The position numbers and the translations under genes are program-made. From an uncultured Bacteroidota bacterium (GTDB lineage: Bacteria > Bacteroidota > Ignavibacteria > UBA10030 > UBA6906): DNA of 64,000 nt. Shown here one piece after another: positions 41,988 through 53,143 of the stretch; position 1 is the stretch's first letter; every line of letters starts with the position of its first letter. Where the stretch lies: positions 45 through 64,044 of the forward strand of contig CAVQPT010000012.1 of NCBI GenBank assembly GCA_963714855.1, in the 5' to 3' direction. The notes under the pieces were generated by a model. The model was not told the DNA's origin. It ran no database searches and saw only the letters and a program-made list of their open reading frames with translations.

Positions 41988-44385
41988 GACCTGAACCGCA
42001 TTCCATGCCCCGGGGGTTCCAGTGGATCACGCGCGCCGTGCGTCATTCCGCAACTCCCGGGTCGATGATGATCGAAGCGGAAACGAGCGCCGGGGAGACC
42101 GTGCGGAATCTCTTCACGTCGTATGGAGAGGGGATCTGGCAATGGACGATCATCCCGCACGGAGAGTCCGAGCCGCCCGCGACAGGGATGCTGGTGCCGG
42201 ATCTCCGGCCGCAATGTGGACCGGGATACAACCTCCTTGGGATACGGCCAATCGCCCCGACGTCCGGTTCACATCGTCCACCTCACCTGGAAGCGGCTCC
42301 CCCCGGAGCGATTCTCCTGACCGACGCCGAGAGTAAAATCCGCATCGATCCTGACCCCTGGTACGTGCGGCTGCGAAGACGATGCAGGCGAAGTCTGCTT
42401 CCGGGAGAACCCTGCCGATGTGGACGGTCTTGGCAGACCCTTTGTCCTCCCCTTCGGCTTCGTCAGGGAGGGCTCGGATGTCCGGAGCATCTCGTTTTCG
42501 TTCCATCTCGATTCTGACGAACACCTGTACGGCCTGGGCGAGAAGTTCCTCCCGCTCAACCGTCGGGGGCAGAGGATCGTGGGATGGACACAGGACGCGT
42601 TCGGTTCTACGAGCGAGCGCTCGCACAAAAACATCCCCTTTCTTCTCAGTACGCGCGGGTACGGTCTCTTTCTGGACACCGGCGCACGCGTCAGGTGGGA
42701 CCTCGGCACCACGTCGTGTCAATCCTGCACCGTGACGGCGGAGGCATCGTCACTCAGACTTTTCCTCATTGCCGGGAGGACTCCGGCGGAGATACTGAAG
42801 CGGTATACCACGCTCACCGGCGTTGCGCCGGTCCCGCCTCCGTGGACGTTCGGCCTCTGGGTTTCGTCAGGCGGAACATACCGCGACAGGGGAGCAATGG
42901 AGAAACTGGTTGAGGGGCTGGACCGGCATCAGATACCGGCCGATGTCATTTACCTGGATCCCTGGTGGATGACCTGGAGGAAATACTGTGACTTCCGCTG
43001 GAACACGGAGGCCTTTCCGGATCCCGCGGGGTTCATCAAAGAACTCCATGCCCGGGGCCTGCGGCTCTGCCTGTGGGAACATCCGTACATCTCCGTGGAA
43101 AGCGACCTGTTCGGCACCGGGAAGGAGAAGGGATATTTCCTGAAGAGGCCGGATGGTGAGGCGTACGTGATCGACTACGGACTCTCGCTCGCTCCCCGTC
43201 CGGACGGAATCGTACGCGAGGCGACGCCGGAAACATCGTGGAATGCGCGGGTGGCCATCATCGATCTCACCAATCCCGATGCCGTCCGGTGGTTTCAGGA
43301 GATGCACCGCCCTGTGCTGACACATGGGGGTCGATGTGTTCAAGACCGACTTCGGCGAGGATATCCCTGCGGATGCTCTCTTCCACAACGGGCAGACCGG
43401 GCGCACGATGCACAACCTCTATCCGCTTCTCTACAATGAAGCAGTGGCTCAGGTGACCAGGGAAGAGCGGGGACATGGGACGGTGTGGGGTCGTGCGGCG
43501 ACCGGCGGAAGCCAGCGCACGCCGATCTGCTGGTCCGGCGACCCGGCAGCCGATTTCGACAGTCTTGCCTGCACCATCCGCGGCGGACTCTCGATGGGGA
43601 TGTCGGGCGTGCCGTTCTGGAGCAATGACATCGGAGGATACCGGGGATCCCCCGACCCTGTCCTGTATGTCCGGTGGGCGCAGTTCGGTCTCTTCTGTTC
43701 GCACAGCCGCATGCACGGCGACAGTCCGCGGGAGCCGTGGGTCTTCGGCGACGAAGCCCTCCGGATTGTACGGACCTATGTCGACCTGCGGTACCGCTTA
43801 TTTCCGTATTTGTACTCGACAGCCGTGGAAGCGCGTCTTACCAGCATGCCCGTCATGCGCGCACTCGCACTCATGTGGCCCCACGACCCGAACGCGCTCG
43901 ACAAAGACCAGCAGTACATGCTCGGGCCCTGGCTGATGGTCGCGCCGGTGGTGCACCGCTCGGGAGAGAAATCCGTCTATCTTCCCGAAGGGGATTGGAT
44001 CGACTACTGGACCGGGGAACGTCTCTCCGGGCCGTGCACGCTCCATCTTCAGGTGCCTCTTGCGATGCTGCCGCTCTTCGTGCGCGAAGGGGCGATCATA
44101 CCCGCCATGCGGCCGGTGATGAGGATTCCACAGAAAACGATCGATCCGCTGGTTCTCGATCTGTATCCGTCCGCCACCTCGTCATCGTACCGGTTTCACG
44201 AAGAGGGAGGAGCGACGGTTGTGTCGGTTGTCCGTGAAGACGGGCGGATCATGGTACGGTGGGACGGAACCGTCAGGCGGAAGTTCATTCTTCGCCTGCA
44301 CGCCCCGGGAAAGGGTCCTCATGAATACGAGGAACGGGAAACCGAAGCGTCGGACTTGACTAAAACATGGATTTTCTTATTTTAG
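41984..44385 (+). CDS. GH31 alpha-xylosidase/alpha-glucosidase (YicI-like); frameshifts near 42370 and 43322
   Basis: EHLYGLGEKF, KNIPF, PPPWTFGLW, DVFKTDFGE (nucleophile), MHNLY, WSGD, WSNDIGGY, HSRMHG..REPW, QYMLG. Confidence 0.9.
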
Positions 44386-44386
44386 T

Positions 44387-44560
44387 CTGCCCCATCTGTA
44401 TAAAACACCCAAGCTCACTGCTGCCGACGTTGGCAGTATGCTGGAGGTAACTCCTGCAACCGCGAATGCGTTCATCCGGGATTTTGTAAAGCTGGGGATC
44501 CTCCGGGAAACGACAGGGAGAAAACGAAACAGAGTATTCACATTCCATGAATACTTGGAT
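44387..44560 (+). pseudogene. C-terminal winged-helix fragment of a Fic-family protein
   Basis: Manual translation LPHLYKTPKLTAADVGSMLEVTPATANAFIRDFVKLGILRETTGRKRNRVFTFHEYL matches the Fic C-terminal pattern GIL.E.TG..RNR.F...EYL. No start codon or Fic core is present. Confidence 0.65.
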
Positions 44561-44607
44561 TGTTTGTCGGCGATGATGGTAGACTGTGAGAACAGGAGCT
44601 CCTCCAT

Positions 44608-45009
44608 ATGAAGAAAGCAGGCATCCTTCATTCTGAGCTGGCCCGGATCGTTGCGGGCATGGGGCATGGCGACAAGCTGGTGATCTGCGACAGCGGCTAT
44701 CCGATCCCGCACGGACGTCCGGTGGCGGATGTGGTCCTCACCGTGGGCGTCCCCGGACTTCTCCAGACGCTGAACGTCGTACTGCAGGAGCTGCACATCG
44801 AAGGGGCGATGATGGCGAAGGAGGCGGGGAAGCGGAGCCCGGCGATGCTGAAGGAGATCAGGAAAGTCCTTGCAGGCGTTCCGTTGCGGCTGGTCCCCCA
44901 CGAGAAGTTCAAGAGCTATTGCCGCACGGAACCGAACGTGAACTTCGTGCGGACGGGGGAGGCGACGCCGTTCTCGAACGTTGTTCTGGTGGCGGGAGTG
45001 ATCTTCTAA
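44608..45009 (+). CDS. rbsD: D-ribose pyranase (RbsD/FucU family)
   Basis: MKKAGILHSELARIVAGMGHGDKLVICDSGYPIP..HEKFK..VRTGEATPFSNVVLVAGVIF. Confidence 0.93.
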   Translation: MKKAGILHSELARIVAGMGHGDKLVICDSGYPIPHGRPVADVVLTVGVPGLLQTLNVVLQELHIEGAMMAKEAGKRSPAMLKEIRKVLAGVPLRLVPHEKFKSYCRTEPNVNFVRTGEATPFSNVVLVAGVIF

Positions 45010-45041
45010 AGCAGAGATTGCCTCGGATCCCGATTGCCCGA

Positions 45042-46061
45042 CTACTGCCTCTGTGCCTCCTCCGCCATCGCCGCCACGTTTTCCGGCGGCACGTTCGGGA
45101 GGAGGGCTTCGTGGCTCGGGCTGACGATGAGATGCGGCCCGAGCAGCTCCTTCAGCCGGCGCACTGCCACCCGGACGTCATCCGGTGCTCCGTGCACGAG
45201 AAGTTCCTGCGTGTCGACCCCCCCGAGAAACGCAATCGACCCTTTGAAATCGCGTCCGAGCGTGATGGCATCCATCCTGTCGGCCCGTGACTGCAGCGGA
45301 TGAAGGCATTCCACACCCGCATCGATGAAGCGTCCGATGACTCTGTACACCGACCCGCAGGAGTGCAGGATCACCTGGTAGCCGTGGTCATGGGCCTGTT
45401 CCGCAAAACGGTGGACCCAGGGGATGATAAATCGGTCGAGATTGTCCGGTCCCACCAGCAGGTCGCGCTGCGTGCCCAGATCATTGCCGAAGAAGAACGC
45501 CTCAACCGAGTCTCCCGCCAGAGCATAGAACCGCCGGTTCGCTTCGAGGTAGAAGCTGCATACCCGATCGAACACACCCTCGACAAGGGACGGATGGGTA
45601 TGCATCTTGATCAGCAGTTCTTCCATCCCGAACAGATCGCTGACGTCGTGAAAGAAGGGGGCCCAGAAACCGCTCGCACGATAGACGTCGCCCGCCGTGC
45701 GGAGTGCTTCGAGCGTCTCATCGAAGTGCAGATAGTCGTGTGAGGGCCATGCATAGGCCCGGTCGCACTCCTCAAGGGTTTCGCATGGTGCCAGCGGACC
45801 CGGTTCGCCGAGGGATTTTTTGCCCTTCCAGACATCGAACATCCCGAGCCCTTCGGGGTGGCGGTACGTGGAGTCGAAGAACTGCGGAGTGATCCACCGG
45901 AAGTCGCTCCCCAGAACCGTATGGAGCCCTTCGAGCGACGAAACGCCGAAGTAGCGGTAGTAGATCGGCAGCGTGTCCGGATGGGGATTCCCCAGCCAGA
46001 ACCCGCACCGGTCTGAAGGGCGGCGTGCGATGATGTTCCGTATGCGCTGGCGGGAGGTCAT
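45042..46061 (-). CDS. URO-D / MtaA-fold protein 3
   Basis: MTSRQRI..DR, GMEELL, GNDLGTQ, LHSCG, HPLQ, FLGGVDTQELLVHG, SPSHEAL.PNVPPENVAAM. Confidence 0.85.
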   Translation of the reverse strand: MTSRQRIRNIIARRPSDRCGFWLGNPHPDTLPIYYRYFGVSSLEGLHTVLGSDFRWITPQFFDSTYRHPEGLGMFDVWKGKKSLGEPGPLAPCETLEECDRAYAWPSHDYLHFDETLEALRTAGDVYRASGFWAPFFHDVSDLFGMEELLIKMHTHPSLVEGVFDRVCSFYLEANRRFYALAGDSVEAFFFGNDLGTQRDLLVGPDNLDRFIIPWVHRFAEQAHDHGYQVILHSCGSVYRVIGRFIDAGVECLHPLQSRADRMDAITLGRDFKGSIAFLGGVDTQELLVHGAPDDVRVAVRRLKELLGPHLIVSPSHEALLPNVPPENVAAMAEEAQRQ

Positions 46062-48797
46062 CGGACCGGAGCCGTTATGGCGAACGAACCTGTGCGGCGT
46101 ATGTCGTCGGATGAACTGCCGACCATCACGTCGATCATGCCCGGCTCAACCAGTGGCTTCATGTCGGCTCCGGGGAAGGCGAGGTCCGATGCTTTCAGCG
46201 TGAAGACGACGGTCTGCTGAGCTCCGGCTGCAAGCGAGATCCGTTTGAATGCTTTCAGCTCCTTCACCGGGCGCGTGAACGATGCAACCGGGTCGTGCAC
46301 GTAGAGCTGCACCACTTCGTCGCCGGCACGGGCGCCGCTGTTCGTGATGTCCACCCGCACCTCCACGCTCCCGTCCGTTGGCATTGCGGCGGGCGAGATC
46401 ACGAGGTTGCTGTAGGCGAACGAGGTGTAGCTCAGGCCATGCCCGAACGGGAAGAGGGGTTTCCCGCTCAGGTCCGTGTAGTCATCTCCCCGCCCGGTCG
46501 GTTTGTGGTTATAATAGAGAGGGACCTGTCCGACGTGTTGCGGAAAGGTGAGGGGGAGTTTGCCGCCCGGGTTCACGTCGCCGAAGAGGACGCCGGCAAG
46601 CGCCGTGCCTCCTTCTTCGCCGGGGTACCACGCTTCCACGATTGCAGCAACGCTGTCAATCCATCCCGCCATTGCAACGGCATTGCCGTTGTAGAGGACC
46701 ACGACGGTCGGTGTGCCCGTGGCCGCGACGGCCCGGATCAGGTCCTCCTGCGCGCCGGGAAGTTCCAGACGCGTGCGGTCATATCCTTCCCCTTCCACGA
46801 TGCCGACCGCCACGATGGCTGCGTCCGCGCCCTTCGCAGCACGGACCGCCGCCTGCTGCCGCGGATCGTCGCCGCTCATGAGCTGCCAGACCAGAGCGGC
46901 ATGGCTCCAGCCGGTGTTCTCATAATAGTCGATGCGTATGTCATAGGCATGTCCGGCTTCGAGACGGATGTCGACCGCATCGAGCGTGGCGCCGCGGTCG
47001 AACCACCGCTCGATCAGGAGTTTGCCGTCCAGCCAGAGCCGCACACCGTCGTCGGTGCTTGCGCCGAGGCGGTACACGCCGGACGTGGAGGGGACGAGCG
47101 AACCGGTCCAGCGGATGGAGAACTGCTCTTTCGGAATCGTTGAATCGGGGGACCCCATGGCCCAGGTGTACTGTATGCCGGGATCGATCCGGACGAGGCG
47201 GGGTGCGCCGGAGAAGGTCATGTTGTCGATAGTACTCACCGCGCAGACCCTTCGCGCCGGGAGGTCCGCCTGCCGGCACAAGGTTTTCGGCGGGGATCAT
47301 GGGGAGCGCATTGAAACCGACATCGCACCCCTTTTCATAGACGACCGTTGCGGATTTGGGAAGGGCGGCTGCAATGCCCTGGCGCAGCGTGACCACATCC
47401 ATCCCGAAGCCGCTGTAGTCGCCGAGGAGGACGGAATCCGCGCACGGGCCGATAACGGCGATGCGGGCGATGTCTTTCCGGAGCGGCAGCACCTGCGGAT
47501 CGTTTTTGAGAAGGACGATTGCGCGCTGCGCGGCCTCACGGGCGAGTGCGCGGTGTGCGGGGGCGTCATTGATTGCATCGGCGCGTGTGGTGTCGGCATA
47601 TGGCCGTTCAAAAAGCCCGAGTTCGAATTTCGCCCGGAGGATGCTGGCGGTTGCACGGTTGACCGCCTCCGCGGAGACGCTCCCCTCCTTCGCTGCTTCG
47701 ACCAGGGGATCTCCGTAGTACCTGATGTCCGGCAGCTCCATATCCATGCCGGCTTCCACCGCCTTCGCAGCGGTTTCCCGCATCGTGGCGGTGACGCCAT
47801 GCTTCTCCCGGATTCCTGCGACGGAGCCATAGTCGGAGACGACGAAACCCCTGAAGCCCCACTCCTTGCGGAGGATATCGGTGAGGAGCCAGGGGTCGGC
47901 GGAGCAGGGGACATCATTGAGGGCATTGTAGGAGGCCATCACTGACCGTGCGCCGCCGTTTTGAATGCACGCTTTGAACGGGGGGAAGTAGACTTCGCGC
48001 AGCTCCCGTTCCGACAGAAACACCGGATAGCTGTCCCGACCTCCGTCCCCGTAGTTGGCCACGAAATGTTTCGGTGTGGTGATCACCCCTTCCTGTTCGA
48101 TGCCGGAGCAGAACGCCGTGCCCATGGCCGATTGGAGGAGAGGGTCTTCGCCGTAGGTCTCGCCCACGCGTCCCCAGCGCACATCGCGCGCGATATTGAC
48201 GACGGGCGAAAGGACCTGCCGGATACCCCGGGCGCGCGATTCTTTACCGATGGCGGTGCCCACACGCTGCATCAGGGCAGGGTCCCATGTGGCCGCCAGT
48301 CCGATCGCCTGCGGGAAGCTGGTCGCCTTGTTGGCGATCAGTCCGTGAAGCGCTTCGTCGTGGAAGATGACCGGGATGCCCAGGCGCGTCTTCTCGACGG
48401 CGAGCTTCTGGACCTCGTTGATCCTGGCGGCGGCCTCGCCGGCGGTCCAGGAGCGGAAAATCGGGCCGACGCCGCCGATCCCCTCGACGGTCAGGTTCTG
48501 GTCCCAGACCACTTTGCGCGTGGTGCACCGGAGCTGTGCGATTTTTTCTGTGAGCGTCATGCGCGCAAGAAGGTCCGCGGTCCGTTCGGAGATCGACGCC
48601 TTAGGATTCAGGTATGTGGCCTTGAGGTCGCGCTGCTGTGCGGTGGCCCCGGCACATGGGAGGGCAACCATGATGACATAGATAATTGTGCTCCTCACGG
48701 TGTTCGCCGAGATGCTCGTGAATGCACTCTTGGAGCTTCTTAGCATTGTGCACGTCGTCACTTCCGTCCGTCTGCGTGGGTGTGGCGTCTGATTCAT
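46058..48797 (-). CDS. GH3 beta-glucosidase/xylosidase with PA14 and Fn3-like domains; frameshift near 47230
   Basis: RLGIP..EALHG, ATSFPQAIGLAATWD, RWGRVGETYGEDP, KHF, GFVVSDY, IVLLKN, PA14 FSIRWTG..TDDGVRLWLDG, AWYPGEEGG, PFGHGLSYT, EVVQLY. Confidence 0.93.
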
Positions 48798-48798
48798 G

Positions 48799-51240
48799 TC
48801 ATGCTTCCTTCAGAGGATCGACCGTTTTGCAGATACCCCGGCGTGTAATACGCAGGGTCTTGATCTCGAGTGGACGGAAACGGAGCGAGAGTTTCATTGC
48901 CGGCGTCGTCAGCGTCATGCTTGCCTTCGTTGCCGTCCCGGTCGTTTCCTGCAGGCGGATCAGAAGCGCCTTGCCATCTTCGGTCCGCTTCATGGCGGAC
49001 AGCCGGATGGTGGAGGGTGTGAGCGAGAGCAGGTCCTCCTGTGCCGGGACCGTCCCACGCGAGCCCGTGCCCCGTGCCGGCGATCCGACAGGGAGATGCG
49101 CAAAGACGGGTGGCGGTGCAGAAAGCCAATCGGCAAGTCCGGGAAGTGCGGCGCGAACGGCCGTTGCATCACCCGCAGTAACGAGGAGCCGGAACTCATG
49201 GACCCCCTGGTCCATGTATTTCCGCGCGGGAGGGTCCGTCAGCGGAAAACCTTTCTCGTGGCAGTAAGCGGCACTACGGAGGACGGAGAGGCGTATCTCG
49301 CCCTTTGCGAAATCCAGCCCGTGCTGTCCGCTGTTCACGATGCCGATTGCGGTCTCATTTCCCCCGAGGAACCCGTTTGCCATGCACCACCGTCCGTGCA
49401 CATGCTCTTCGCCGTCGGCCGGACGCGTCACGATGCCTCCGGGCACTTCGCACAGAAGTGTCGGGGTATCAAACACGGTGGGAAAAGAAACCTTGAGCCG
49501 TTTCCGTTGCTCGTGCCAGTGCAGGCGCCAGTGAAATTCCACGACCGGCCAATCGGGGTAAACGATCGTCCGCAGAACCGCCGTACTCGAACCAAAGGAG
49601 AAGGAGGATTCGGTGAGCCTGCGGACAGGGCCATCGTAGAGCACCCGGTCGGGTTCTCCATCCGGCGTGAATGTGCCGAGCACATTTCTGTACTGCCAGC
49701 AATCTGCTCCCCACGCATCACCGTTGTCTTCCACCACCAGGAGTGCGGGCATCGGTCCGGCAAGGCACTCGCGGCCGTCCCCCGCATCGAGTGAGCGGAT
49801 GAGGCCGGAGGACGGGTCTGTGGCACAGTGGAGAAGCGGCGTGCAGGGTGGGACGGACGGCGTTCCTTCGTGGATCTGCAGAGCGTACCGCGCCGCTCCC
49901 ACGTGCGGGAGATCGGCCATGAAGCTCACCTTCCGCCTCCAGCCATTGAACGGAAGGAGGGATTCCGGCTGCTCCTCCTGGCACGGGATGTCGTTCCCCT
50001 CGAGGTCCGTCAGCCGCAGATGCCACGTGCCCGTCCACTTCGGGCGGAGGTCGAGCATGCATTCCACCTCCACTGGCACACGGGTCAGGGAGGGGTTGGT
50101 GTTGAGGAGCGTGACCGGCACATAGAGCGGAACGTATGTTCCGCTGTTGAGTGCAGACGCCGCACGCATCCGGAGCTGTTGCGTCGCATGGTCCACGGAA
50201 CCGTACAGGTCCAGTGCGTCCTGCTCGGCAGGTTCCGTACACGATCCCGGGAGGATGTCGTGGAAATCGTTGAAGAGCGCGCCCTCCCACGCATCACGGA
50301 GGTCCGATTCCGGGTATGGTGTGTTGCGAAGCCACCATGCCGATGTGGCGAGGGCCTCGGCCTGCAGGAGACCTGCGCGCGTCGTCAGGGCCCGCCGTTT
50401 GAGACGGGAGAGGGATGTATAGCACCCTGTGAACACCCGCTGGATATCACCCTGAACCACGGGTGCCGTGCGGGCATGGCCGCGGAGGGCGAGGAAGAGG
50501 CGTTCCGGTGTGCTGTGGCTGAACCGGACCCGTTTCTCCGTGCGCATCACTTCATCGATGACCGCAAGGTCCTCCCGGGTCGCACCGCCGCCGTGGTTGC
50601 CGATTCCCCAGAAGACCGGGACGTCGCGCTCGAGCCGGAGGGCGAGCGTGGTCGCCTCCTCGAGCCTCTGCCGGATGTTATCCCGCTCCGTATGATAGAG
50701 TCCGACAGCGATCCGGTATGTGAGAATCTCCGAGCCGTCCGCTCCGCGCCAGCGGTAGAGGTCTGACGGGATGTGGAGTTCCGCTTCCTGCGGACGCATA
50801 TGGATGTACATCTTGTAGCCGGTCTGCCGGAGCACCTGCGGGAGGCCGGCGCCATGTCCGAATGAGTCGAAGTTGTATGCCACCACAGGCCGGGCGTTGA
50901 AGTGGCGGGTGAAAAAGCGGCGCCCTTCGGTGACGTGGCGATAGATCGCTTCGATGTCGGGGATGTTCACGTCGGGCTGGATGAACCACCCTCCGCTGAT
51001 ACACCACCGTCCGTTCCATGCCAGGCGCTGGATGGCTTTAAACAGCGCCGGATCGTACCGCTGCACCCACTGGTAGAGGACCGCCTCGTTGTGGTTGAAG
51101 ATCAGCGCCGGGTGTTCGGAAAGCATCCGGACAGCGTTGCCGAATGTGGAAAGCGTTTCACCGCACCCCTCTTCCCACCGCCACTGCCAGACGGGGTCGA
51201 GGTGGGCATTGCAGATCAGATGGACTGTCGGTTTTTTCAT
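48799..51240 (-). CDS. GH38 alpha-mannosidase
   Basis: HLICNAHLDPVWQW, YNFDSFGH, GIGNHGGG, GCYTS, FHDILPGS. Confidence 0.9.
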   Translation of the reverse strand: MKKPTVHLICNAHLDPVWQWRWEEGCGETLSTFGNAVRMLSEHPALIFNHNEAVLYQWVQRYDPALFKAIQRLAWNGRWCISGGWFIQPDVNIPDIEAIYRHVTEGRRFFTRHFNARPVVAYNFDSFGHGAGLPQVLRQTGYKMYIHMRPQEAELHIPSDLYRWRGADGSEILTYRIAVGLYHTERDNIRQRLEEATTLALRLERDVPVFWGIGNHGGGATREDLAVIDEVMRTEKRVRFSHSTPERLFLALRGHARTAPVVQGDIQRVFTGCYTSLSRLKRRALTTRAGLLQAEALATSAWWLRNTPYPESDLRDAWEGALFNDFHDILPGSCTEPAEQDALDLYGSVDHATQQLRMRAASALNSGTYVPLYVPVTLLNTNPSLTRVPVEVECMLDLRPKWTGTWHLRLTDLEGNDIPCQEEQPESLLPFNGWRRKVSFMADLPHVGAARYALQIHEGTPSVPPCTPLLHCATDPSSGLIRSLDAGDGRECLAGPMPALLVVEDNGDAWGADCWQYRNVLGTFTPDGEPDRVLYDGPVRRLTESSFSFGSSTAVLRTIVYPDWPVVEFHWRLHWHEQRKRLKVSFPTVFDTPTLLCEVPGGIVTRPADGEEHVHGRWCMANGFLGGNETAIGIVNSGQHGLDFAKGEIRLSVLRSAAYCHEKGFPLTDPPARKYMDQGVHEFRLLVTAGDATAVRAALPGLADWLSAPPPVFAHLPVGSPARGTGSRGTVPAQEDLLSLTPSTIRLSAMKRTEDGKALLIRLQETTGTATKASMTLTTPAMKLSLRFRPLEIKTLRITRRGICKTVDPLKEA

Positions 51241-51245
51241 GAGTG

Positions 51246-53004
51246 TCACACCTCATCCGGCGAGGGGAGATTCTTGTACCAGGTGAAGTAGAGCACAACG
51301 CCGATGGCGAGCGTCAGGGCCAGCATCATGATCATCTTGTCCCACTGCCGCAGAAAGAGGTAGAACGGCGTGAGGGCGAGGCAGATCTGGAAGACGACCG
51401 TGATACCGCCGTTCATCAGATCGATCATGGGCATCCGGTCGCCCACCGGGACGAGACCGCGCCGTTCGGCTTCCCGACGGACGGGGCCCCAGAAGCCGAA
51501 GGGGCGGACCTTTGCGTAGAACGCAACGAGGGCATCCATGGGTGCGGGGTCGGTCATCATGCCAATGCCGATGGTGAGGATCAGGGAGGCCATCGTGTCG
51601 ACGCCAAGCGTGAGCACGACGCCCCATTCCGGAAAGAGTACTTTCTGGGCGAGAATGAATGCCGCGGTCAGGGACATGCTCCAGACGAACGCCTTTGCGC
51701 TGAACTTCCACCAGTGCCACCGGCAGGTGGCGGGGACCAGGATCATCGTCACCACGATGAAGATCATCGTTTCCCAGGCGGACACGATATCGTTGAAGGC
51801 CAGACTGAAAACGAAACCGAGTGTGATTGCGCCGAGGGAAGCGAATTGACCTGCGCGCACGAGCTGCTTCGGGGTGAAATTGTGGCGCACGTACCGGGCG
51901 AGGAAGTCGTTGGTCACGACCGAGCTCGTGACGTTCACCATGGCGCTGAGTGTGGACATGAGGGCCGCAAGGAGGATCGCCATGAAGATCCCCTGAAGCC
52001 CGATCGGGAGGCGCTTCAGGACGAGTGGCATGATCTTCTCCGCATCGAACCCCGCTTCCGTGCCGAGGTAGGCCATGCCGAGTGTGAGGAACGAGCAGGC
52101 GATGATCCACCGGAGAGTGTACCCCACGGTCCACGTCCCGGCGGCGAGGGACGCCGCGCGCGGGGATTTGACGGTGAGAAAGAACTGGAAGTCCCAGACA
52201 TTCGGTCCCGCGAGCACCCTGAAGATCAGCCAGCCGAATCCTGCCAGGATCATAGTGCCGAAGGCGTCATAGTGCGCATATGCGGCCGGAGTGTCGCTGA
52301 GGTACGAGGGCCAGAGGTTCCAGGTCGGTACCAGCGAACTCCAGGCGGGGTCTTTTGCTGCAAACAGGGGGGTGGCGTCGACATTGCAGGGCCATGGAGC
52401 CGAGGACGACCGCGCCGACCGCGATGAGCATGGTCTGAAAGACGTCCGAGATGATCACCCCTTTGAAGCCGCCGAGTGTCACATAGATCCCGACGACGCC
52501 AAAGACGATGAGGGCTGATTGCCAGCGTGTGAAGGGGAGGAACTCCTCGGCGAACTTCCCTGTGCCGACGGCCATGAACATCAGGTTGAAGACCATCAGG
52601 AGGAGGAGGAAGAGCGCGGCTGCGAGGCGGGCGTGTTCCGTGTCTTTGGTGTCGCCGAACCGTGTGACGTTCCACTCGGCGAACGTCATGACGCCGGAGC
52701 GGCGGATATACTTTGCCTGGAAGGCCATATAGAAGCAGATGATGAGCCATCCCCAGAAGATATGTGTCATCCAGATGCTCTTCAGTCCGAGGTAGAACAG
52801 CGCGCCCACGAGCGCCATGGTGCCGCCGATGTCGATATAGCTCGAGCATCCCGAGAGCCCGAGCATCCACCAGGGGACATTCCGGTCGGCGAGGAAGTAA
52901 GCGCCGACATTGGCGGTGGCCTTTTTCTGGACATAGAATCCTATGAGAGCGTTAACAGTGAGAAAGGCAATAACGATCGCGAAGTCGATCGGGTGGAGAG
53001 CCAT
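51246..53004 (-). CDS. Sodium:solute symporter (SSS family); frameshift near 52380
   Basis: YFLADRNVPWWMLGLS, multiple TM helices, YVTLGGFKGVIISDVFQ, LPIGLQGIFMAILLAALMSTLS. Confidence 0.9.
52944..52957. promoter_or_regulatory. Possible third LacI operator inside the 5' end of the symporter gene
   Basis: TGAGAGCGTTAACA matches TGTTAGCGTTAACA at 12 of 14 positions, about 50 bp after the start of the minus-strand operon. Confidence 0.4.
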
Positions 53005-53143
53005 AGGGATCTTTCAGGAGAACTGTGAATCGAACCGGGTATGAGCACCCGATGTAGAACAGCCGGCGGAGCAATGAAGGCCTGTCGATACGGTGAAGCC
53101 GTAAAACATGGGGGGAGAGGGGAGTTGCGACGCACACCCCGGA

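Noticed and set aside
39668-46061. Heme biosynthesis (hemE) genes
   Set aside because: They lack the HemE RQAGR motif, carry HxC instead, and have no hem neighbours.
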